Source: Octopus sinensis (taxonomy: Eukaryota). Taken from it: a stretch of 64,000 nt of DNA. Below the pieces are notes generated by a model. It did not search any database and was not told where the DNA came from. It was given only the letters and a program-made list of their open reading frames with translations. This document shows, piece after piece, positions 54,523-64,000 of the stretch. Numbering within the stretch: the stretch's first letter is position 1; every line of letters begins with the position of its first letter. The DNA is taken from positions 93,558,001 through 93,622,000 of the forward strand of contig NC_043005.1 in assembly GCF_006345805.1 (NCBI RefSeq), written 5' to 3'. Position numbers and translations under genes: made by a program.

Positions 54523-54875
54523 GGCGGCGGCGAACTGGCCGAATCATTAGCGGCATTTCGTCTGTCTCTGCGTCCTGCAGAGGGCGACTTTCCCTTTCGG
54601 TATTGGCAAAATAAGTACCAGTTAAATATTGGGGTCGATGTAATTGACTTCTACCTCCCCCGATATTGCTGGCCTTCTGCCAAAATTTGAAAACAATATT
54701 TAAAGGCAACAAGGATCATTGGCACGCGAGACAAAACGCTTTGTGGCGTTTCACGAGTCTTTACGTTTTGAGTTCAAATTCCTCCGAGGTCGACTTTGCC
54801 TCCATTACTCACTGGGATCGATGTAATCAACTTAATCCCTTCTTCCAAGCTGCCCTTGTTGTAAAAATTTGAAAT
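54523..54875 (+). mobile_element. Two adjacent diverged S1 SINEs; the second ends in an (ATT)n tail
   Basis: ggcggcgaactggccgaatcattagc (54525) and gagttcaaattcctccgaggtcgactttgcc (54771); both end aaaatttgaaa. Confidence 0.75.
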
Positions 54876-54880
54876 TATCA

Positions 54881-54918
<38 letters not shown>

Positions 54919-55419
54919 GAGTGAGAGAGCAATTCATGCCATCAAAGTGAAACTGGGGCAAAATATACGAAGCCCAATATACCCATCATGAATACCCGTC
55001 TGATAAGGGTACACCAGGCACATGCATCACAACCATATGTGCACGACATGCTGATCTCATATCAAGACAAACAGCACATGACCTTGCAGGTGGGGCCCAG
55101 TTAGAATTTTCTTCAGGTTGAGTAGCCCATCCCGCTCAAAAGGTCCCTGAATAAGGGTTGTTTAAGGATGTTGAAAGAACCACCCACGTTTCCAGAGGTG
55201 AATTATCCAAACCCCAAAGAATCCCTCTCAACACATGGCTATGATGCTCCCCCACTACTTCAGCTCGTGATCAGAGATGCACATATCGTCAGCCACTAAG
55301 GGACATACTCAACTGGTTAAGGTCAAACAACTGAGTGTGGTATTGAGCAGAATATTTGCTGTAGCCCATCTTTTATACCAAGACAAAACAATGTACATGA
55401 TTACACTTCCAATCAGTAC

Positions 55420-55421
<2 letters not shown>
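54919..55421 (-). mobile_element. (TAA)n-embedded ~557-bp non-coding repeat, copy 1 (short at one end)
   Basis: Closely similar to copies 2-4; (ATT)n on both sides; lacks the terminal ~50 bp. Confidence 0.9.
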
Positions 55422-55453
<32 letters not shown>

Positions 55454-56112
55454 GAGTGAGAGAGCAGTTCATGCCATCAAAGTGACACTGGGGTAAAATA
55501 TACGAAGCCCAATATACCCATCATGACTACCCGTCTGATAAGGGTACACCAGGCACATGCATCACAACCATGTGTGCAACATGGTGATCTCATATCAAGA
55601 TAAACAGCACATGACCTTGCAGGTGGGGCCCAGTTAGAATTTTCTTCAGGTTGAGTAGCCCATCCCGCTCAAACGGTCCCTGAATAAGGGTTGTTTAAGG
55701 ATGTTGAAAGAACCACCCATGTTTCCAGAGGTGAATCATTCAAACCCCAAAGAATCCCTCTCAACACATGGCTATGATGCTCCCCCACTACTTCTGCTCG
55801 TGATCAGAGATGCACATATCGTCAGCCACTAAGGGACATGCTCAACTGGTTAAGGTCAAACAACTGACAAGCAAATCTGTGGTATTGAGCAGAATATTTG
55901 CTGTAGCCCATCTTTTATACTAAGACAAAACAATGTACATGATAACACTTCCAATCAGTTAAGATCAGAAGCCATGAGAGCCACTGCCTGGTACTGCTGA
56001 GAGCCACTGCCTGGTACTGCTGAGAGCCACTGCCTGGTACTGCTGAGAGCCACTGCCTGGTACTGCTGAGAGCCACTGCCTGGTACTGCTGAGAGCCACT
56101 GCCTGGTACTGC
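55454..56112 (-). mobile_element. (TAA)n-embedded repeat, copy 2, with a 6x23-bp tandem at its variable end
   Basis: Same sequence; tgagagccactgcctggtactgc x6 at 55975-56112. Confidence 0.9.
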
Positions 56113-56130
56113 TTATTATTATTATTATTA

Positions 56131-56162
<32 letters not shown>

Positions 56163-56163
<1 letters not shown>

Positions 56164-56888
56164 AGACAATCACACAATATCCAATATCATGATGTTGTTG
56201 ATTGAAGATATTGTGTCTACCAGGGGTTTGTACTGTCTGGTGAAGTCACAACAAGGACCTCAGACAGACACTACTTTATGCAATATGCGTACAGTCCCAA
56301 ATAATGCCGATTTTTGCAATACAGCAAGATTGTAGGGTATGTCTAAAGTTTCCAGATGTTTTTCGGGCTGGGTGGCATTGACTCCAATGCTTCGATGATA
56401 ACAGGACCAACCTTTATGCTTGACTCTCGTAGCTATCACATCTTGGCGATTTCAATTTTCAGGTCTCCATATTTGTCGACCTTTACTCTTTCTTTCAAGA
56501 TAATATGTTGATCTCCTGTCACTGCTACGTCGATTATTAGGCACTCTTGCTTGGCCATCCTAAAGGCTGCTATATCCGGCCTTATCTTGTCTGTCTGGAA
56601 GTCAAAGTCCCCACGGATCTTTGTCTTTCCGTTTTCGCCCATGACCTTCTCCGGCACAGTAGCCAGTGATGGTTTGGGGCTACCTTGTCGTGTCTGCACA
56701 AGACTTTCACAAGCAATAACAATGTGAGTCACACTTTGGACCTTCTTCCTACACAATCTGCACTCGTGTGGTATTATCTCTTTTCACAGAGTTGCTATTC
56801 AATGCCTGATCCTGGGCAACGATGATTAGGCTTTCAGTCTTCTTTTTAAAGTCACCTTTGCTGAGCCACTTCCTTGATGCTTCCTGAT
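56163..56888 (-). mobile_element. 5'-truncated R4/Dong-like retrotransposon (zinc knuckle plus RLE endonuclease)
   Basis: CRKKVQSVTHIVIAC..FQTDKIRPDI..LIIDVAV..KVDKYGDL; 3' end runs into (TAA)n on the sense strand. Confidence 0.85.
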
Positions 56889-56940
56889 TGATAAAATAAG
56901 TACTAGTACAGCACTTGCTGGCCTTGTGTCAAAATTTGAA

Positions 56941-56976
<36 letters not shown>

Positions 56977-57530
56977 GAGTGAGAGAGCAGTTCATGCCAT
57001 CAAAGTGACACTGGGGTAAAATATACGAAGCCCAATATACCCATCATGACTACCCGTCTGATAAGGGTACACCAGGCACATGCATCACAACCATATGTGC
57101 GCGACGTGGTGATCTCATATCAAGATAAACAGCACATGACCTTGCAGGTGAGGCCCAGTTAGAATTTTCTTCAGGTTGAGTAGCCCATCCCGCTCAAACG
57201 GTCCCTGAATAAGGGTTGTTTAAGGATGTTGAAAGAACCACCCATGTTTCCAGAGGTGAATCATTCAAACCCCAAAGAATCCCTCTCAACACATGGCTAT
57301 GATGCTCCCCCACTACTTCTGCTCGTGATCAGAGATGCACATATCGTCAGCCACTAAGGGACATGCTCAACTGGTTAAGGTCAAACAACTGACAAGCAAA
57401 TCTGTGGTATTGAGCAGAATATTTGCTGTAGCCCATCTTTTATACCAAGACAAAACAATGTACATGATAACACTTCCAATCAGTTAAGATCAGAAGCCAT
57501 GAGAGCCACTGCCTGGTACTGCATCAGGGC

Positions 57531-57533
<3 letters not shown>
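56977..57533 (-). mobile_element. (TAA)n-embedded repeat, copy 3 (full length)
   Basis: gagtgagagagc...gcatcagggcatt between two (ATT)n tracts. Confidence 0.92.
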
Positions 57534-57591
<58 letters not shown>

Positions 57592-57593
57592 AG

Positions 57594-57800
57594 AGTGGCG
57601 AGCTTGCAGACTCATTAGCTTAGCGACATTTCGTCCGTCTGAGTTCAAATTCCGCCGAAGTCGACTTTGCCTTTCATCCTTTCGGAGTCAATAAATTAAG
57701 TACTAGTGAAACACTGGGGCTCGATGAAATCGACTGGTTCCCCCAACCACCACCTAAATTTCAGGCCTTGTACCTTTAGTAGAAAGGATTATCATTGTTA
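57594..57800 (+). mobile_element. SINE family S1 directly after (ATT)n
   Basis: gtggcgagcttgcagactcattagc..gagttcaaattccgccgaagtcgactttgcc. Confidence 0.8.
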
Positions 57801-58089
57801 TTAAGAAAGTGGTGAGCTGACAGAATCGTTAGCACGTTGGACGATTATAGAACACAGCTGTTTCGGCATTTTGCATCTCGTGAGCCAAAAGTACCCGGAC
57901 CTTTTGAACCTAAATAAACCACAGGCTTTGTTTAAAATTTCAGAGAACAACAGAAATCATCATGCAAATAAGGACCTTTTTGTCTGTTGAAAACAATGTA
58001 TGAGTATTCGGGGCTGTTTTTTCTTTTGTTTTGGAGGTTTTTGTTCCTACAAATGATTTGTTTAGAGTAACTCATCAAATCGGCATTGC

Positions 58090-58232
58090 CCGATAGGTGG
58101 CGAAGCGATTGCAGAACAGCGTGAGATGAAGCGTTTTACTCAAGAACACAGCGCATCACCCGGTCCAGGAACTGAAACCACGATCTCTCAATCGTGATTG
58201 CAACACCCTAACCACTAGGCCACGCCCTTCAC
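58090..58232 (-). mobile_element. tRNA-derived SINE head related to S3
   Basis: Reverse complement gtgaagggcgtggcctagtggttagggtgttg..ggtttcagttcctggaccggg. Confidence 0.75.
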
Positions 58233-58235
<3 letters not shown>

Positions 58236-58277
<42 letters not shown>

Positions 58278-58545
58278 TTTCTTTATTGGCCACGCAGGGC
58301 TGAACACAGAGGGGACAAATACAAATGTAGAGCTTGTCTTTTCAAAAATGAAAAAGAGGGGAAAAATAAGAAAGTAAAATTCCGATCAAAAGGATCGGGG
58401 AGGGGGGAAACGATCAAAAGGGATCGTGTATCACAGAAGAGTTTTGAAAATGTAAAAAGTTAGATAAGGTTTATCCGTGGAAAGAAAAGCCTACGGAAAA
58501 GACCACGGTAACCTCAGACAAGGAGGGAATAAACACGAGAGCAAA
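58236..58545 (-). mobile_element. Tx1 3' UTR-only fragment (copy G, 58275-58545) ending in (TATC)n (58236-58274)
   Basis: tttattggccacgcagggctgaacacaga..acaaatgtagag matches 394-455 of copy B; acctcagaca matches 607-616. Confidence 0.85.
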
Positions 58546-58963
58546 GTGCTCTCTCTCTCTTTTCGATTTACAGGATCACAAATATGTTTAGAGGTATAAT
58601 GCATGTATGATTTAGTTGTTTGTGGATGCAATCGTGTTGTTGCTGTTGTTGCTGCTGTCGTAGCAATTGTTGTTGTTGTTCAGTCCATGGTTATCCCCGA
58701 CTGGGCAGCTCTAGCACTAGAAGTCTTTTCAGCCATGAATTTTGTACATTTAAGACTACGGAGTTCAACGTTTCCTTCCTTTTCCCTAGACGCCGACGTG
58801 TGATTTGAGGAAGATTTTGCTGCTATTTCTTGCAAGTGACCGAATAAAGGGCTTCACTGTTGACTTGAGACATTTATGTCGGTGTGTGTGTGTGTGTGTG
58901 TGTGTGTGTGACAACAACTGTTATCTAAAGATAACGATTCTGTCAGCACGCTGCCTTAAATAA

Positions 58964-59013
<50 letters not shown>

Positions 59014-59016
<3 letters not shown>

Positions 59017-59570
59017 GCCCTGATGCAGTACCAGGCAGTAGCTCTCATGGCTTCTGATCTTAACTGATTGGAAGTGTTATCATGTACATTGTTTTGTCTT
59101 AGTATAAAAGATGGGCTACAGCAAATATTCTGCTCAATACCACAGATTTGCTTGTCAGTTGTTTGACCTTAACCAGTTGAGCATGTCCCTTAGTGGCTGA
59201 CGATATGTGCATCTCTGATCACGAGCAGAAGTAGTGGGGGAGCATCATAGCCATGTGTTGAGAGGGATTCTTTGGGGTTTGAATAGTTCACCTCTGGAAA
59301 CATGGGTGGTTCTTTCAACATCCTTAAACAACCCTTATTCAGGGACCGTTTGAGCGGGATGGGTTACTCAACCTGAAGAAAATTCTAACTGGGCCCCACC
59401 TGCAAGGTCATGTGCTGTTTATCTTGATATGAGATCACCATGTCGCACACATATGGTTGTGATGCATGTGCCTGGTGTACCTTTATCAGATGGGTAGTCA
59501 TGATGGGTATATTGGGCTTCGTATATTTTACCCCAGTGTCACTTTGATGGCATGAACTGCTCTCTCACTC
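59014..59570 (+). mobile_element. (TAA)n-embedded repeat, copy 4 (full length, opposite orientation)
   Basis: aatgccctgatgcagtaccagg...gctctctcactc flanked by (AAT)n; reverse complement of copy 3. Confidence 0.92.
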
Positions 59571-60056
59571 AATAATAATAATAATAATAATAATAATAAT
59601 TATTCATCTACATCCACGTCGCCATGTTTGTTGCTATTAAATCTTATCTTCCTGAAAATTACTTAAAATTTGTTTAATCTCAATCTTCTTTAGTCTTCAT
59701 TGAAGCATTAAATGGAGTCTAGGTGACGACACGTTGTAGATGTCTTATGAAGTATGTAAGGATTACAGAGAGGGTTAAGAGAAAGTGAATGAATGAATGA
59801 ATGAGTAAAAGGGTGAGTGAGGGCATGAGTGAGGATGCGAATGATTGAGGAAAGGAGAGTGTGAGGGGAGGTATGTGTGAGTGAGTAAGGGTGTGATTGG
59901 TTAAGAAAATACAAGAGAGGTGACATTATCTCCATCAATATTGAAATAATAAAATAATAATAAAAACAATTGACGGCGTCCCTCAGTAATTAACTTCTGG
60001 TTTGTCTATAACATGTTAAACCTTGTACATGTAATCAGTGATTCCTTACTACTTCG

Positions 60057-60470
60057 TCCGACACTCGCATCCCAAAACAGCTCTTCTACGGTGAACTCGG
60101 CCAGGGCAGGCGCAAAGTCGGAGGGCAGAAGAAGCGCTACAAGGATAGTCTCAAGGTCTCTCTCAAAGACTTCTCCATCGGAACAGAGACCTGGGAGACA
60201 CTTGCTGCCAACCGCTCATCCTGGCGCAGCGCAATCACCGTGGGAGCAGGGACAGCCAAGGAGGGACGGATTCGGTCAGCGGAGCAGAAACGTCAAATGC
60301 GTAAAGCCAGAGCCGCCTGCACCAGTAGCACGGCCCCTACCCACTTCTGCCCCACCTGTGGGAGGGGCTTCCTTGCCCGGATTGGCCTCACCAGCCACCT
60401 CAGGTCTCATGGCAGCAGTTCCATCAGATGATGTCAGTTGGTCATCTTCGAACCGAAGGACAAACATTAT
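60057..60470 (+). mobile_element. 5'-truncated RTE-clade LINE 3' end with (ATT)n tail
   Basis: Open frame 60057-60431 SDTRIPKQLFYGEL..GGQKKRYKDSLK..WETLAANRSSWR..CPTCGRGFLARIGLTSHLRSH. Confidence 0.9.
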
Positions 60471-60942
60471 TATTATTATTACTACTTCGTCAAGAACGGT
60501 AAGCACTATATTCTGTTGAGAAGGTCTAATGAGACTGAAACAAGTTCAGAGTTGTCTCCCCATATCTGTTGAAATTATTAAAATCATATTAGCTATTGAG
60601 CTTCTTCATGATATAAATTACTTTTTTTTTTAGCTTTTGCAATGCTCACTACTTCAAATATGTTGACACTAAAGTATTGCTTTTGTGCAACTGGAGTCTC
60701 TTGAGTATTTGATATTTTGAGAGGGGTTGTTTAAAATATATTTAGTCTTACAGTCTATCACTCTAAACAACAACAACAATAATAATAAAAGTCTGGCGCC
60801 TTCAACAATGACAACACTTGGAAAAAGAGCAACTATGAAATCTAAAAATTGAAAACTAATTTCATAGTGGTGAACAACAAAAACAACATTAACAGCAGCA
60901 AAAAAAAATTGATACTTCTACTACTACTACTACTACTACTAC

Positions 60943-60980
<38 letters not shown>

Positions 60981-60981
<1 letters not shown>

Positions 60982-61173
60982 GTTCAAATTTTGCCACAAA
61001 GGCAGCAACTTTAGGGGAGGGGATGAGTCGATTACATCAACTCCAGTGTTCAATTGGTTCTTATCTTATCGACCCCAAAGGATGAAAGGCAAAGTAGACC
61101 TCGGTGGAATTTGAACTCAGAAACGCTAAGCATTTCGCCCGGTGTGATAACGATTCTGTCAGCACGCCGCCTT
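60981..61173 (-). mobile_element. SINE family S1 flanked by TAA/ATT tracts on both sides
   Basis: Reverse complement ggcggcgtgctgacagaatcgttatc..gagttcaaattccaccgaggtctactttgcc..tgtggcaaaatttgaac. Confidence 0.85.
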
Positions 61174-61174
61174 A

Positions 61175-61233
<59 letters not shown>

Positions 61234-61234
<1 letters not shown>

Positions 61235-62656
61235 CTAGTTAGTTCCCTCGTTGATACGGTGTATCAGAATGGAGTTCGGACTGAGAAAGTGTGGTGTTAG
61301 TCTTGAAGAGAAGCAAAATCAAATGTATGCACGGGCTAACGATACTGTCGGGGGAGGTTATGAAGCAGATAGAAGAGACAGGCTATAAGTACTTGTGAAT
61401 AATGGAAATGGACAAATTGATGGAGAATGAGATTGACAAAAATTTAAGGTTGCGCAGACTGAGACTGATACTTAAGTCGAAATTAAACGAAAGGAATAAG
61501 ATCAAAGCTATCAACATCTGGGCGGTTTCACTCCTTCGATATGAAGCCGGGGTAATCGCATGGACAGTAGACAAACTAAACAGCTTAGACAGAAAGACAA
61601 GGAAGTTGCTAACTAAATATGGGCCACACCACCAAAAAAGTGAAGCAGATAGACTGTATGTACCAAGAAAAAGAGGGGGAAAAGGACTTATTGGATGCGA
61701 ACACAGCATTGGAGCAAAAGAAGAACAAAACAACATAGCATGGTATGTAAAAAATGCCACAGAACCGCTATTATTAGAAGTAGGAAGGTCAGGCTTGAGT
61801 AGGATGAAAGATTGCAAAGATAAAGCACTGTACAAGAGATTGTAAACGAATGAAACTGAAAATAGGTGAGTAAAGAAAAGAATGCATGGACAATTTCATA
61901 GGGATGTTGATGACTGTGGATGACTAAAAGTGATTTAAAACCGGAAACGGAGGCTCTAATCAGTGATGCCCAAGAGCAAGCACTAAGAACAAACTACATA
62001 AAATACAGAATAGATAACACAGCAGAAAGTGATAAGTGCAGAATCTGTGGACAAAACGATAAAATCGTATAGCATATTACCAGCCAATGTACGCCACTAG
62101 CCCAGAAGAAAGATAAGAGACGCCATGACAATATAATCAAGCTTGTCCATTGGACACTTTGCAACAAGTATGGACTTGACAGAGCAAAAAATGGTACGAC
62201 TACAAACCTGAAGAAATGCAAAGATCCTATAGGATTTTAGGATTCAGTGTGACCATGAGATAGGAAGCCGGACATAGTCTTAATTGAGAAAGAAAACAAA
62301 TTATGCTGGATCATAGATATAGCATGCCCAGCTGACAACAAGGTGTACGATAAGGAAGAAAGAAAAGTTGAGAGATATGACAGGTTGGCTTGGGAAGTTA
62401 AGCAGTTGTGGTCGATGAAAAAGGAAGCTGCAGGACTAATAATTGTCGGAGCCCTTGGAACAGTGAGAAAATCTCAAGAAGTACGTAGAACAAATAGGGG
62501 CACAATAAGGGTGGAGCACTTGCAGAAAACAACACTGCTTAGAACCGCTCGAATACTCCGGAAGGTGCTCGAAAAATAAGAGGTGTTACCTTAGTTCACT
62601 GGTAGTGAACAGCTGACACTGTAGTACATCTCCAGCGTTAGATGCTGTGCAAAGGC
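61234..62656 (+). mobile_element. 5'-truncated R4/Dong-like retrotransposon (RT C-terminus, zinc knuckle, RLE), decayed
   Basis: MEFGLRKCGV; LKSKLNERNKIKAINIWAV..DRLYVPRKRGGKGL (61402-61845); CRICG..HITSQC..RHD; PDIVLIEK..IIDIACP..IVGALG (62270-62579). (AAT)n at the 5' junction and AATAA at the 3' end. Confidence 0.92.
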
Positions 62657-62659
62657 AAT

Positions 62660-63400
62660 AAGAAGAAGAAGAAGAAGAAGAAGATGAAGAAGAAGAAGAA
62701 AAAGAAAAAGAAGAAAAAGAAGAAGAAGAAGAAGAAGAAATAATCTCTTTTATTTGCCACAAGGGTGAAAGATGAGGGGGACAATACAAAACAGACATAA
62801 AGTGTGAGGGTTTACATATAAGGAAATGCTAAAATGAAAAGTATACACGATATACATTAGAAGGGTACATGACACTAGAAAAAGAGGGAAAAAAAGGATC
62901 GTAATGGGATCCTCCTTATTCAGGAGGACCTCTAGAGATAATCAAGGAACCCCACCATCCAAGATCACCCTGAGTACCAAGAATGAGAGCCCACTCCAAC
63001 TTCATAGGCCTACCTATGGTACCATCCATTCTTGCCATTTTTGATAAATTCACTCGAGGACAGCACGTCCCTCTCCACCCTCACTTTCCTTTTCAAGTGA
63101 AACTCGAAAAAAATCGATGAGGGCTTTACCAAAGAGGAAAGTTTCTGTCCTCATTCTTTTCAGCCTTGTCCACCAGATAACCTCTTTCGCCACAGCCACC
63201 AGACAAAGGAACACAGCCTTGCCAGCCCGATTAAAGGAGGACGGCAGGGCAACCATCTTTATGGATTCGGACGACAGACGGATCTGTCCTACACACAACA
63301 GATGGATCTGTTGGACATAATTCCACAAGTCAGCAATGCCCGGACACTGAACGAGTGCATGCAGAATGGTTTTGTCGCTCTGTGAGCACCTCGTATAAGC
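62660..63400 (-). mobile_element. 5'-truncated Tx1 3' end (copy F, ~62739-63400) ending in (TTC)n (62660-62738)
   Basis: ILHALVQCPGIADLW..LSSESI..FLCLVAVAKEVIWWTRLK is homologous to the C-termini of copies B and E; AATAAA at 62748-62753 (-), then a degenerate TTC run. Confidence 0.88.
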
Positions 63401-63903
63401 CCGTCTGACAGTCTTGACTCCAATGCAACAGTATGTGACCGTGCATCTTGTGATATTTTCTACCATGTCAGATGGCAGGTTTAGAGCTACCCTTCTCCCA
63501 TCTCTGTTTACAAATTTTCTTGCAAATTTTAATTCTCCTTCGTCTATGTGGAAGCATTCCATATTCCTCGCCGCTGACGCAAAAGACGTAGGGGCGATAT
63601 TTGCATTTTTATCTTTTATTTCTTTCGAATTGTTGTTGTTGCTGCTGCTTCTGCATCTGTATGGAAAACAATTAAATTTTAGAAAAATTAAATTGTTTTC
63701 CATACTTACAGTTGAAAAAGTCTCAATCAGTCAAACCGGTACTGAAATGGTTTTTATAAAATTATTTTAGCATTTTCTACCTTGACTTTTTTTCCCATAT
63801 ATTTCAACTCGTGTGTTCCTTTTCAACCTTCTACACACGCACACACACACACATATATGATTCCCTTCCTGGGACTGTCACATTAAGTTGACAGTATACA
63901 ACT

Positions 63904-63962
<59 letters not shown>

Positions 63963-64000
63963 CCAAAGTAATCGTAATCTATTCGACCTGAAAGGTACTT

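Overview
Eukaryotic, AT-rich, microsatellite-dense DNA with no host gene I can support. The SINE families and repeat density suggest an octopus or other coleoid cephalopod; this is an inference, not a database result. Nearly every recognisable protein sequence is a decayed transposon: Tx1/L1-clade non-LTR retrotransposons, R4/Dong-like RLE elements, an RTE fragment, Penelope-like elements (PLEs) with hammerhead ribozymes, a mariner, two hAT derivatives, Helitron-like elements and many tRNA-derived SINEs. The most interesting signal is a set of apparently site-specific retroelements. (1) Tx1 copies are stacked head-to-tail in (GATA)n/(TATC)n microsatellites, and a sibling ends in (TTC)n. (2) Two Tx1 3' ends join the same base of a tRNA-SINE head. 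(3) One Tx1 is flanked by a 77/78-bp duplication that begins 31 bp after a TATA box in a CCAAT/E2F promoter. (4) One SINE carries a Tx1-derived 3' tail. (5) Four copies of a ~557-bp non-coding element sit in (TAA)n next to R4/Dong fragments of the same polarity. (6) PLE terminal repeats at (TA)n form fold-back structures and carry hammerheads, including a U3-A8 compensatory core variant and an A6U variant. Coordinates and alignments were read by eye, and boundaries of decayed elements are approximate.
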